Below, one piece after another: positions 26,309 to 39,099 of a DNA stretch of 64,000 bases. Under the pieces are notes generated by a model. That model had not been told where the DNA came from and ran no database searches. It was given only the letters and a program-made list of their open reading frames with translations. The stretch covers positions 310,001 to 374,000 of the forward strand of contig MU058217.1 of the NCBI GenBank assembly GCA_013265495.1. The letters run 5' to 3'. This DNA comes from Vicugna vicugna. Its lineage: Eukaryota. The translations under genes were made by a program, and so were the position numbers. Within the stretch, counting starts at the first letter, position 1. The number at the start of each line of letters is the position of its first letter.

Positions 26309-27952
26309 AATGATGCATGTTGCCTTTTGAAGAGAGAGATTCCCAACCTGTTTTTCCAGATCCTTGCTAATGAGGGATTATTCGTCTTCAAAGACAAGCG
26401 ACCTAGTGGGTGAAAAAATGTGTCTTATCTTACTAATTTGCACTTCTCCGATCCTGAGTGAAAAGGAACATCATTTTCTTCCTCATGGATCATTTGTAAC
26501 TATTTTTCTGTGAGTCACCTGAGTGTGTGTTGGCTCTTTTTAGACTGGGCGGCTTGGTTGATCTGTAATTCATACTATGTGAAGGGAATTGGTGTGCTCT
26601 CCGCCCTTCCAGCCCTTCTTTGCCTTCCTTTCATTTGTTTCTCTGTCTTTTCACACACACACACTCACTCACTCATTTTTAAAGTCAGCCATTGGCCGTG
26701 TAACTAGACTGACTTCTAACAGCTCTTTGAACTGAATCTTCATTGATTTATCAAACCGCTATGAGTGCCTGCTGTACTGGGTGCCAGGGAGACAGGGATA
26801 CATGTATTTGACGCAGTCCCTGCCCTCAGAGCACATCTAGGGTGGGGTGGAATCTGAAGGCAGATGTTACAGCTGAGGTAGAAGAGGTCAGCCACACGCC
26901 CCTGCTGTCAGCATCCTGAGGGCAGAGACGATGCAGTGGGTTCTCAGATCTCTTCCCTAAGCCTGGTGCCTGGTCATAGTTAGTGCTCAGAAAGTCTGAA
27001 TGATGTTGATGGGGTGCACACAGGACCGTGAGTGTCCCAGCCAGGCTGAGAATATCCTACTGGCCCTGATCTGTCAGCTCCATCCACGCCAAGCACCACC
27101 TGGGAACAGGATTGCAGAAAACTCACCCTTCTTGTCCTGACTCAGGACTCTGCCCTCAGGGGCTTAAGATAAGGCTTTGCTGCAGCACCTCCCCCGCCAC
27201 ACTGCACACTCACTGGAACCTTCTCCTGGTGCCTTTTCCCTCCTGGCTTCCTTCACTGTAGTGCTTTCTTCCTTCTCCTTTTCTAGGAAAAACTCCAAGG
27301 ACTCAGTCATGCTAAAGAGTTTGTGGCAATCACTGTAATTCTCACTCTAATTCAAAAGGCTCCCACAGGAACTAAGATAACAAAGCCACATGTCAAAGCA
27401 GGGACTCTCTGGGGACAGATGTTATGAACCTGCTATTTTTAGAAAATTGAGGTGGAAATGGCATTTGGGGGTTCCCTGAGTTACCTACATTGCTACCATG
27501 CATCTTGCCTCCTACCACACCTGATGCTGACCCCTCCCCTGGGGTTTCTGTCTCATCCTGGTACCTCCCAGTCTGTGGCTGGTTCCTGTCATATTTCACC
27601 ATGAACTCTACCAGTTTTCCCGGCCTCTGGTTCATCCCTGAGACTATTGTTAAAATGCAGACTTCTGGGTTCCACCCAAGTTCTGCTAAATGAGAATCTT
27701 TGGGCACAAGGTCTGGAAATCTGTCATTTTAGCAGGCAGCTCCAATCATCCTGGTGAGCGAACAAGTTTGGGAAACAAGACTGGAGTTTGCCAAATAGCT
27801 GTGCTTAGGGCCTGAATCCTGAGCATCCAGGCTTTGAATTGATAAGATTTTCTTCTCAATACCTACCTAGTTTTCTCGGCCATACTGCAGGGGTCATAAT
27901 CTCTATGAGCTGGCCGACGGCTGCCCACACCTGGTTGGCTCAATGAGACACC

Positions 27953-28016
27953 CTTTTTTCTTTTTTTTTTTTTTAATTGAAGTATAGTTGATTTACAATG
28001 TTGTGTTAATTTCAGG
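27953..28016 (-). mobile_element. Very short L1 3'-terminal fragment
   Basis: Poly(T) then aattgaagtatagttgatttacaatgttgtgttaatttcagg, the same family start as at 25570. Confidence 0.75.
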
Positions 28017-30729
28017 CCCCCAGTGGGGGCAGCAGAGAGCCACTACCCAACCAAGAAAACCGACCAATCAGGAACAGGAGTCCACTGGTGGGTGGGGCAG
28101 AGTGGGGAGAGGGTAAAGGGAGGGGGACCAGGCTTACAGATGGCCCAGGGCAAATCACCGTGACCAGTGGCCTGGGTCGTTCCCACTGAAGCTAACACAC
28201 ATAATGCAAGCAAGATGCAGTCTTAGCAAGGGGAGACAAAGTCCAGAAGTGACTGCTTAGAGTTATTAACTCCTGCCTTGCTTACTGTTTATTTAAAATA
28301 ATAATTATAATAATTATCGTTATTTTAAGGAGGGGGCACCTCTGCTCTGAAGCCAGATTTACATCACTCCACCTTTCAACTATACATTCTCTTTAAAGGT
28401 TTTATTCTACATAGGGCAGCTGCTGTAATCCCCTGATGGGGAACTGGAAATTTCTGGCTTCTAGCATGGGTGGCTAGCATAGCAACCTCCCTTGGGGTGG
28501 TTTGATCCATGGTCAGGTCATTTGTGTGTGTCTGTCTCCCCTGGTTTCAGTGGAAGAGTTTCAAATTGAGTAGAGTTGCCTTGAGGGGAGAAAACTGTGT
28601 TTCTCATGAATTGGGTTGGACGGTCAGAGGCTTTCAGAGCACAGGCCTCACTCCCTGCACTCTGACCTCGCTGTCACCCTAGAGCCTCTGGGGCATGGCA
28701 GTGACTCTGTTAAGAGTCTGGGTGGTCACCTGGAATGACCGAGAACCCCAGGATGGCAGCCCAGAGAACGCAAGGGGGCCTCAGCCCAGGGTAACTTGGG
28801 CCCCAAGCTGCCACTTTGGTTTGGCGCTGGCTCTGGCTCCGTCCAGGAGCCTGGAGCGCTGTAAATAGATTAGGGAGTCTTTTAGGGGAAAAGACCTGGA
28901 AATGACTTCCTCCCTATGGATGGTGCAGTCATCTGGGACAGCTTTTTCCTGCTGCTGCTGAGGTCCCTCAGCCAGAGTCCTGGGGCCTCTCTCCAGATAT
29001 CCGCCAGGCCTGGCCTGGCCCCATTCCTGCCCCAGGCTCCCAGGAGTTTTGTGTTTGGGGCTGATCAGAGCTGGCTAACACCAAGACATAGGCTGGGCGG
29101 AACCCTTCAGGCGTCTGCATTGTCCCTGATGGAGCCCTGGTGGAGGTCGGATGGGCAGGCGCAGTGCTTATGGGGAACAGGGACTCCAGCCTCTGGGGCC
29201 TGTGAGTGCGCCAGGCCAGTGAGTTCAGGCCAAGGGGCCGTCCTTCGGGACCCAGCATCCTGAGCGGGGTTGTGACTGCAGGCAGCATCTCCCCGTGATT
29301 TCAGAGCCTCTTCCTGCAGCCCCCTGTGCTGCTTGATGCCACACTGGCCTCTCTTCTCTGTAACTGGGATTCCCGTCGAGAGGCAGGTGGGCCTCCCAGG
29401 GGCAGCTGCACCCTGCCCTCTGCTCTGGGCACGTTTCCGTTAGCTGCCTGAGGACTCGATTGCTTACTAGAGCTCTGGAGGCTTGGGAAGGAAGAGTGGG
29501 GACCAGTAGCTTCTCTGCTAAATATTAAGTGTCTGTTTCTCCCCACGGTTGGTGGTGTCTTGCAGTTGGCAGCGCACAGGGATGGACGAACGAGTGCGTG
29601 GATGGAAGGAAGAGTCTGTGCGTGAATCGGGAGCCCCTGCTATTGCCAGGAAATAAAATGTCAGAGTCCTCACGTTGGCTGCTGGGTTTCCTTTCCCTTC
29701 CTCCCATCCTTTGCAAGAGAACAAATTTACACTTTTACTTATTTACTTTTCAATAAGTTCACATCTTGAGGGGTACAGTGTTGCACAGATCCAGTGGCCT
29801 GAGCTAGAAGATTGCTTTGCAGTCTGATCCAAATGCTACTGTTTCCAAGGCATGAGTTACCTCCCCTCCCCTTCCTCTGGTTTTGTTCCATTTGCCACCA
29901 GGAGTCACTGTATTGTTCGTTGCCTTGTATACATAGGCACATCTCATGTCTGAATAGAATTCAGGTTCATCTCGGGCATGAACACCTTTTATTTTAAGAA
30001 GAGCTGTGGGTTCCCTCTGGTTCCGGAGACATCACTTATAACCAGATGAATGGCCTCGGACCTTGGCCTTCGAGACATATTTGGCAACTTAGAAGTCCAG
30101 TTCCCAGCAGACTTCTACCAGCTCCGAGATTTTTGGAAGGAGCTGCTGGGTCTTCTTTTGAAGTAAGATTGGTGGCATCAACCACCGAAGGGATGGAGGC
30201 CACAGCACCCAGTGGATAGTTCTCTGAGGACCTTTCCCGCTGTTTGGAGACTGGTGCTGTCTGTTTATCCCTGGAGAGAGGAGGTACGTCAGGTGGGAAT
30301 CCACATCATGCCGTCACGATGTCCATCCTCCTGTCGGCCCATCTGTCCAGGCGTCCGTCAAGTGAGGTGCTTTGTTTGAAAGGGGGAGCCAACCACAGAT
30401 TTGGACCTTAGGAGATGAGATCAATGTCAAGGTTAAGATCTGTGCCATCTGAGAGGTTTGACAAGGTGCTTATTCCCTGGAAGGAGCTGGATGGAATGTT
30501 TGGGGGCGGGGCTCTGAGGTCAGGTTCTCAGACAAGTCTGAGACAGACTTATGTGCAGGAGATTCAAGGTGGGATGTGCTCTTGGGAGCATCTGAAGGGA
30601 CTGTATTACCACCCAACTCCTAGAGCCATAAGATACTTACACCTAAATGATGAGTCTTAAGATTTTAAGACCACTGATCAAAGCTGGAGGCCAAGAGTAT
30701 GGGGCCTAAAAGACCAGTCAGCCTAGCTC

Positions 30730-30840
30730 CTTTATTTTAGATGAAGAATCGGAGGACCAGAGAGTTAGTGTGCTTGCCCAGGACTGCACAGCAGATGAGA
30801 GGCAGAACCGAGGCAAAAATCCAGTTCTCTAGAATCCTCT
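30730..30840 (-). mobile_element. MIR SINE relic
   Basis: attttagatgaagaatcggaggaccagagagttagtgtgcttgcccaggactgcacagc. Confidence 0.6.
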
Positions 30841-31366
30841 CTGGGCAACGGAGGAGGGAGAAGTGTCCAGTCAGATGCAGCAGCTGTAACTTAAACAAGA
30901 TGCAGAATTGTAGACCAGGAAGAGGATCACTCGTGTGGCAGAGGACCCGTGTCTCTGTGCAAACCCCCGCCGGGGCTCCTTTCCTCTGGACTCGGGGGTT
31001 TCAGGTGACAGAGGGCGTCTGGGGAGCGATGCCCAGTCAGCAGCTGGGATTCTGGGACGAGAGACCAAAGTGGAGGTGTATGAGTTAGCAGCCTTGGGCG
31101 TAGCTGGAAGGCTACCTCCTCTGGTCCCAGCTGCATGGAGCAGGGTCCCCAGCAAAGAAGCTCTGTCATCACGAGAGGCAGGAAGGGAGATGGATGTCGG
31201 AGCAAAGGGAGGTGGATGTCAGAGCAGAAGGCAGATTTCTGTTTCCCAAGGTTCAGGAGGAAGGTGGCAGCCATATCTCTGTTTTTCCCAGCTAGTGCTG
31301 CTCTGTGACACTCCAAGCTTCTGCCCTGTGAAATTCTCAAAGCGGTTGTTTTCTTTCTTTCACCAG

Positions 31367-31447
31367 AGACCACCTGGGAGCGTCCCAGCAGTTCTCCTGG
31401 GATTCCAGCCAGCCCTGGCCCTCACCGGAGCTCTCTGCCTCCAACAG
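31367..31447 (+). CDS. GAS7: GAS7 coding exon (~exon 3, 81 nt): end of the WW domain plus Ser/Pro-rich linker
   Basis: Acceptor ttttctttctttcaccag|AG, donor ACAG|gtattg. Encodes (E)TTWERPSSSPGIPASPGPHRSSLPPT(V); TTWERP completes the WW domain. Confidence 0.95.
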
Positions 31448-32930
31448 GTATTGTCCATGCGCTACGTCGGGGCATCCGGAAGGGACCGCACACACACCTT
31501 CATTGGAGAGGCCAAGACTCTGGATCCCGGGTCTGAAACCTGGCTAGGGATATGGTGGGCCAAACCTGGGGAAGGCTTTAGAAAGGACTCAGAGGCTCCA
31601 TAGTCTATTTCCCCGTGGAATGGTGTCTCCCTGGCAGTGCCGGCAGCAGCTCTGGTCCCTCTCACTCCCTCTCAGGTGCTCAGGGAGAGGGGATGGTGAG
31701 GTGAGGTGAGGCATCAGAGCACTCCCCTGTCTGCCAGTGTGGAGACCCGAACCAGGGGCAGAATTGCTCCAAACATGGTTCCCCAAGGCATCAGGGAGTA
31801 GAAGCTAAAGGAGGCAGATGTTTACAGGGAAATTTTCAAACTGTTTGGAAAGGAAATAGATTCCTTGTGAAGGATATGAGTTCTCCGTCTGCATAGGTAG
31901 TCAAGTGGAGGTCATCAAGGTAGACATTACTATAATAGGTGGGAGGTTTATTATTTACTCTTAGGTAGTAGCTTGTTCTGAGATCTCAGGAGACAGACTG
32001 CAGGACGCAGCAGTGGGGAGAACAGCTTCTGACTTCTTGTGGTTTAGGATTTGTTTTAAATGTCACCTCCTCCAAGAAGCCTCCCCGGCGTACTTTAGAG
32101 TCCACACCCATCACTCTGGATCCCTGCCTCCTGCTGTTTCCTTGCCCTTAGAGCACTCCTCCTGTTGCCTGTCACTCACCCACTCCAGACTGTAAGCTCC
32201 CTGAGGTGGAGACTTCATTTCTCCTTTTCTTTCGTGAACTCCTCAGTCCCCAGACAAAGCCTGGCCTCAGTGTTGAGTGAATTCACAAATGTCTCCATAA
32301 ACATGTGGTGTGTGAAGCCCATTTGTTGGTTTTTGACTTCAGGCATCAATCTGAGGCCAGGCCTGGTGGTGGTGATCGTGGTGGTGGTTGCAGCCTGGAA
32401 TGTAAACATCAGTAGCTGTGACATCGTGGTTGCAGCTAGACAGGGGAGGGGAGGCACGCGGTAGGGGGTCGGGGAGGGCAGAAGCAGCAGCCACACCCTC
32501 ACCTCACTCCAGGGGAGGGGAGATGAGAGCCTCATAACCTTCTTGGAACACAAATAATTTACTTCAGGCATCCCAGGTAACCAAACGAAAAGCTGGAAGT
32601 CCTAAGAGGACTCTTAAACCCTGGGCCGGGAAAGGAGGTGCAGTGGGAGCGGGCCAGGGCCCCACCTGTCCTCATGGAGAGACTAGGTATTCTCCACCAC
32701 TGATGCACTCAGAAATCACAGTGCGAGCAAAGCGCATTACTCAGGGATGTGAAGATTGTCGGCAGGAAAACTCAGAACCGAAGTGGTGGCAGAACAGACA
32801 TCTGGAGAATCAGCTGAGGCCTGGGAGAGGGGGTGTGTGGCTGTTTCCCATGGAAAGTTCTTCTAGGCTCTTGAAGTGTTTTTATATTTGTGATTGTGTG
32901 TCTGTCTGTATGTGTATACACACACATATA

Positions 32931-33051
32931 TTTTTTTTAACTGTAATTTGTTAGGGGGATTAGGAGATTGAGTCAGTGAGCGTACTGGGGACTGAACCCA
33001 GGACCCTGTACCTGCTAGGCACGCGCTCTGCCGCTGAGCTCTTCTCTCCCC
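32931..33051 (-). mobile_element. tRNA-derived SINE, camelid Vic-1-like
   Basis: Reverse complement reads GGGGAGAGAAGAGCTCAGCGGCAGAGCGCGTGCCTAGCAGGTACAGGGTCCTGGGTTCAGTCCCCAGTAC, with A-box and B-box remnants followed by an A-rich tail. Confidence 0.75.
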
Positions 33052-34067
33052 ACCCCACCTTTTTTTTTTTTTTAAAGAAAGAAACTCTGTGTGGGGCAAG
33101 GCCATGGGGCACTTCCTCCTGATTTCACGATGCAGTGAGTGCTGCAGCCTCAGACCAAGTGGCCAGAAGTGGGGCCATCGGCCTTCCTGGCTGTCATGTG
33201 ACAGAAGGCGTTTCCAGGCACACTGCCTTGTCTTTTGTTGCTGTTCTTGTGTTGTTTTTTTTTTTTAAAACAATAGAAATGCCTAGTGTGGATAATGTGA
33301 GGTGGGGCCCTCTATCCTGGCTGGCTCCAGGCCACCCGCACGCTAGAAAGAAAATCCAGCTGTCTTTTTCGGCTGCAGTGGTCTGGGGAGCAGGACCAGG
33401 CTGTGACACAGGCCACGGGGGAGGTGTGGGTGAGAGAGGACTGGTGAGGACTGCCAGGCTGCGCAGCCTGCTAGCGTGGGACTGGTCAGGGAACTTGCCC
33501 ATTGAGTCAGTGGGGTCACCTCTCCAAAGCCTGCTGGCCCTGGTGCTGTCCCCGGCAGCATCCTGTCCCCTCTTTGCTGTTTTGGGGGCCATCCCCCAAA
33601 GGAGGGTTGGGAGATGCTGGCTCAGGCCCCCTGGCCCAGAGGCCTCGGCATGACAGATTCGTGCCTTCACGACCAGCCCAAGAGCTGTGTCCACCAGCAC
33701 TGTGCTGGGTGCTGGGGCTCCAAGGGGCCAAGAAAGGTGGGAGACGTGGAAAGGGTCTGGTCCAGTGATGAGACCTGCCGAGGTGGCCAAGGCATTAGAC
33801 AGAGTATGTGGACCCCGACTGTCCCTCCCCTGCCCCATCCGCCCCAGGCACCTGATTCCCGTGGGATCCCAGATCTGCCAGGTTCTCTGCCAGAAAGGGC
33901 TCTGTGGTCAAATATGGTTGGAAATCCTACCTCCTCTCTCCCCCTTTGGAGATTGCACATCTGCTCAGAGAAGGCCTGAAGTGAAGACATCGTGTAACTC
34001 GGAGCTTCCGTCCTCATGTGTGTGTTTGGATCCTGTGTACATTGGTGTTGAGCTTCTCTGGCTCGAG

Positions 34068-34275
34068 TGCAGTGGTCCTCAACTTGGGGGTGATTTTTGC
34101 CTACCAGGGGGCATTTGGCCATGTCCAGGGACATTTTTGGCTGTCACTCTGGGGGGAGATGCTACAGGCCTCTAGTGGGTAGAGACCAAGGATGCTACTA
34201 GACACCCTACGGTGCTCAGGACAGCACGGCCCCACCGCGAAGGGTCATCCAGTCCCGCGTGTCAGCAGGGCCCGG
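34068..34275 (+). mobile_element. MER20 hAT transposon
   Basis: cagtggtcctcaacttgggggtgattttt...gggcatttggccatgtccagggacatttttggctgtcac...ctagtgggtagagaccaaggatgct. Confidence 0.85.
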
Positions 34276-35509
34276 GCTAGCAGCTCTGTTCTCGGGGGAC
34301 TCAGCATCCTCTCACCAGACGACGGACCGCAGCCCATGGCGGTGAGAAGCAGCAACAAAACCTGCAGGCCCCCAGCCCACTGGTCCGCAGACCCACGTAC
34401 TGTTCCCCAGGCTTAGTGCCTTGGAAGTCAACGGTGAAGCCTAGTCTCATTGCAAGCATCCTTTCTCTTGCTCAGTAATACCTAAGGGCACCTCTGACAG
34501 TCGGTGACACCTTGGATTTGTGAGATCGCAACTCGTTAGACTGGGGCCTCGGGGCACGTCCCTTCTCACCAGGCCTCACTTTGCCCATTGGTAAACCGAG
34601 GGCCGGGAGGAGGACCGTGGCTGGGGTGGGGCCTGACGGACTCCCTGCGCCGGCAGAAGGCGCCATTGGGATTTCACTGCGAGGGTGATGGTTGGGACTC
34701 AGGTAAAAGTGAAATGCAGCAGAGGTGTCTGTCTTCCTAAGAAGCCGACTCCGTGAAGCAGCCAGGCAGCTCTTGGCTCGCCGTGGTGGGGTTGGGGGGC
34801 GTTACCTGCAAGGTGGGTGGGGGAGTGAGGAAGGAGACCTTAACTGCGTTTATTGACCACAGGCATCCCACGTAGCCGTTCCTGAAGGTCATGGAAACAC
34901 GGGTCAGGAAGAAGGAGGGCGGGAACCGCAAATGAACCAGCCAAGCCAAGCTTAGGCAGCTCCCCTTTGAGGAGGCCTCGGGTGGAGGCGGCCGCGGGGC
35001 TCAGTTTTACTTTCGAGTCGAGCTTCTGGAGAGGCTTGGAAGGACCACCCCTGCACAGGGCTGGCTCTCTCTTCCTAGTACAGGTTTGTCTGATGCCTGA
35101 AGCATAGCCAGCCAGGCTGTCAGCTGGGGAGGGAGACCTGGAAACACACCCAGTGACCCCCACACATCGGATCCTGCCCTTTGAATGTTGCAGGATGCTT
35201 GGAGTCAGCACTGGGCCCCGGACATTCCCTCCGTGGCTTCCTTTAATGTCACAGTGGGGGCTGTGTTTATTCCGTAGCTTTACAGGAGGCATTTAATGCC
35301 AGGCTTTTTGGGCGAGGTCCACATAAGTAAAGTTGAAATCCAAACAGCACACCCAAAGCTCTAGTCAGTAACGACTGCTTGTGTTAAAAATCTCCTTCAG
35401 GCTGGTTTACTATGAAGTCATGATTCAGAGAGAGAGAAGCAGTAACAGGCAGATGGAAAGAAAAAATGTGAGTGAAAAATGGAGTTACGGGGTAGAATGG
35501 ATGACCACA

Positions 35510-35985
35510 TAGACCAGTGCTGTCCCCTAGAACCTTCTGCACCAACGGAAGTGTCCTGTATCTGCATAGTCCAGTATGGCAACCGCTGGCCACATGTGGC
35601 TCTCGGGTACCTGAAATGATGTGTCGTGCGTGTGTGAGGAGCTGAATCTTCAACTTCATTGAACTTACTGTAGTGATTTTTAAATTGGGGAGTCATTTTA
35701 AGTTTACAGAAAAGTTGCAACAACTGTGCAGAGAGTTCTTATATATACCCTTTACACAACTTCCCCTCGCGTGAGCGTCTTATGTCACCGGGGTACATTT
35801 GTCAAAACTAAGACATCAGTGTTGTACAGTATTATTAACTAAGCTAGATTTCATTCGATGTCACCAGTTTTTCCAAGACTGTCCTTCTGTTCTAGGGTCC
35901 AATCCTGGATTCCGCGCTGCAGTTAGAGTTTACTGAAACTGACATAGCCGCCTGTGGCTAGTGGCCGCCCCGTCTGACCGGGCAG
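35510..35985. mobile_element. MER3-like hAT relic split by an antisense L1MC-type fragment (~35675-35925)
   Basis: Left half: gtgctgtcccctagaaccttctgc...ggccacatgtggct. Right half: atagccgcctgtggctagtggccgcc. The insert contains ttttaagtttacagaaaagttgcaa. Confidence 0.65.
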
Positions 35986-37936
35986 GGCTGGTGTGGGCAG
36001 TGAATCCCTTTCTGAGCTTTTGGGCCTGGACGTGTGTTGAGCTTGAATCTGTGTTTCTTTTCAGGATGGAGGAAATCTCTCTCTTATTGACTTACCCTGG
36101 GACGGGGGATGTCAGGAACCCTGGGTTCAGATGCTGGCTTTGCCTGGCCAGGAGCTTGACCCCCGCTCAGGGATTATGCTTGGATAAACAGCCTGCCACC
36201 AGCAGCCCCAGGAGAGCCGGGTCACAGGGGAGTGAGCCAGTCCTCTTGTCCATCCGGGAAGGCCTGCCTTTGGGCCTGGAGTGTGTGCGGACAGACAGCT
36301 GTGCTTCCCCCGGGAAAAGGGCTCCAAGACCCAGGGCCCCACCCACACCACACTTTCTCCTCCAGATCAGGAAGCCCTGGGCGGCTGTCCCCTCCCACGC
36401 GGGAGCAAACGGGGACCCCTCCTCACTGCAGAATTAGCAAAACCTCCTGGCCTAGAGCAGTTTCTGTGGCCCCAACTAGACCTCACCATGGGCCCCCCGG
36501 GAAGGCACAGGGGCCTCATGTTCCTTTAGAAGCCGGCTTCCTGTTGGCTGAGGCCCCAAAGGCCTGTTTAACCTTTGACACCCTGGAGAATAGCTGCAGC
36601 TTTCCAGCCCCACACACCCACGGACACATGTGTTGTGGGTTATCTTTGGGGGAATACAGTTTACATCTCAGACAACCAGGGAGGCAGTGGGGACGGGGTG
36701 GCCAGATAGAAATTTCAAAACCAGAAGGATTTCCAGACCAGAAGGCTATATGTGAAAACCAGTCCCCTGAACAGGCCCGGGCAGGTGCGGCGCTCAGCCG
36801 GCGAGGTGGATGTGATGCTGGAAGCGCAGCCCTCCGTGGCCTCCCGGGCCTGGTGGGGCAGCGAGGCAGGGTGCTGCCTGCTGCGCAGTCCCAGACGCTG
36901 AGTTACAGGTCTGGCTCTGGTGCTTGCTTTCGTAGCCTGACTTCGAAACCTGCCTTCTGACAGCCCTCCACTGCATTTCCCAAAGTGGGCTCTGCAGCAC
37001 CCCAGCTTTCCTGCACCCAAACGGTCCGTGTAAGTGCAGGACTACCTCGCTGCTGCGTCGTTTGAGATTCACAGAGCACATCAGCGTGTTTTAAAAGGCT
37101 TGCTGTAAACAAACGATGTCAACTCTGAATACTGGGGGCATTTGGACCACAAGACCCTGCCCTGTACGTTCACCACGGAACACATCCAGTGAACATCCCG
37201 CAGACTTGGTGCGTGCATCGAACGCCCGGGGAGAGATTTCCTTTCTTCCGCCTTTGATGTCATAGCGGGGAGGGAAGGAAGATTTCAAGAATAAGGGCCC
37301 TGGGGCTGCCAGGTTTCTTCTGGTTGAGGAAGGAAGTCACCTGTTTGTTCCCGAGAGAAGGGAGGTGAGGCCAGCCCCACAGGAGGCAGGAGGAAGGTGT
37401 CGGGGCCGATTTCCTGTTTGGAAGCGTAAGTCTTGTCTTCGCGTTTCTTCAGGGCATAGAAGCTGGACAGTGGGACTCGGAGGACGGGGTGTTTTATGTG
37501 GTGGATTGGAGCTGGGGAATGGTACCAGGCTGCACGGAGGTGGAGTTCTGGGCAGCGGGCGACGCTGGCAGTTCTGTGTGGCTTTGGCTCTCATGGGGAC
37601 AGCTCTTTCTTTGCGTCTTATTTTCCGTTTTTATCCACTTCCCTCCCCCGCAAAGAGCCCCCCCTCCTTCCTACGCAGGATCCAGCCGTCCTCTCACCAT
37701 CCGTCTCCCAAGCTCTCTCTTTAACTACCCATAAAGAGAAATAAAATGTGTATGTTTTTGTATTTGAAGTTACAAAAGTCACTAGATAGGGCTTTCTGTT
37801 CCCTTTTCTTATCTTAAAAACAGCTGAATTTGGCATTTTACATTTTTTTCCTTGTGTCCCCAACTGAATTATGTTCCTTATGGTTATGAGTAATCCTTGA
37901 TCAATTTTATTTTATTTTTTTCCCCTTGGAGTCTGG

Positions 37937-38505
37937 GTCACTGCACAGAAGTTCATGTGCCCAGTGCACAGTGTGGCCAGACAAACCACAACGTCGGAGT
38001 TCAGAGCAGAGGAAGATTGATTGCAGGGCCAAGCAAGGAGACGGGTGGCTTGTGCTCAAAAACCCTGAACTCCCTGGTGGTTTTCGGGGAGAGGTTTTTA
38101 TAGGTCAAATTTGGAGTGAGGGCTGCAGAGCGTGTGACTGTCTCCTGATTGGCTGGCGGTGAGGTAACAGGCGGTGCTCCAGGAATCCTGGTCCAGTCTG
38201 AAGCTGCCGTCCTCCACCTGGATGAGGTCCTTAGTTCCTGCAGAAGGACTCACTCGTATTGTTACGTGTGTCCCTGGAGGAGGAACCAGGACCCTGCCAA
38301 GCCTATACTGTTGTTTCTCGGCGGTTCCTCCCTTGTTCTGCATTCTCTCCTTTCCTTGATTAGCAACTGTTAGAATCTGCCCTTCAGAACTCGTGGGGGT
38401 TGGGGTCAAGGAGGCTGAATGAAGCCTATGTGCTACAAACAAGAAACGGGGGGCATGGAAAGGATGTGTACTGGGGCGGACCCCGTAGGATACTGCTCGG
38501 TTTCA
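37937..38505 (-). mobile_element. ERV1-type solo LTR
   Basis: The minus strand begins TGAAACCGAGCAG. It has a CCAAT box (ctgattggct) and a TATA-like motif (ttttata), and is flanked by direct repeats tctgg (37932-37936 and 38506-38510). Confidence 0.7.
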
Positions 38506-39099
38506 TCTGGAGGCCTCGAAAGCACCCACTTCTGGCCTCGTTTGTTTTGGGGTCTCACCCTTGGCCCTGGGGGCCCAGAGGCATGGGATTGCCAGTCAGC
38601 AGCGTTGTGGGTGAGCTGTAACTGTTCAGATCCCCACTGATGACTTTTTTTGAAGGTGTCAGGACTGTTTGAGTGAAATGCGGCAAGACAGGGTGTCAGA
38701 GCAGAGCTGCTATGTGGGGAGAGATGGTTGAATGGAAAATTATTTTTTCTTCTTCAGTAATTGTTTTGACATGAGCAGTAATTAGCCAACAGCTGACAGA
38801 CCAGAACTGAAGTGAGAACAAGAGGATGGATTAGAGGCAAATGCCGTGGCGTTAGACGGTTCCTGGCTGCCCTAAGCGTGGGGGCCGCAAGCCTGGGGGA
38901 GGCTGGAAGCCGGGGATACAGACCGGTGTGTTGAGGGTGCACTTTTGAGGCGCTGTGAAGGGGCACAGCTGGGGTCAGAAGGGCAGCCTCTGCCCTCAGG
39001 AAGGTGGTTTACAAGGACCCGGCGCCATCAGAGGTAGTGACTGGTTCCAAACTAAGGCCTGCTCAGGTAAGAACTATGGGCTTCATTTTTGTAATCAAT

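Noticed and set aside
30935..31603. 222-aa ORF overlapping exon 3
   Set aside because: It is in a different frame from the TTWERP exon and resembles no protein I recognise.
32970..33051. tRNA gene
   Set aside because: Stems and boxes are degenerate and it has a SINE body and tail, so it is a tRNA-derived SINE.
36232..36960. 242-aa ORF on the + strand
   Set aside because: No ATG start and no recognisable protein; stop codons are scarce because of high GC.
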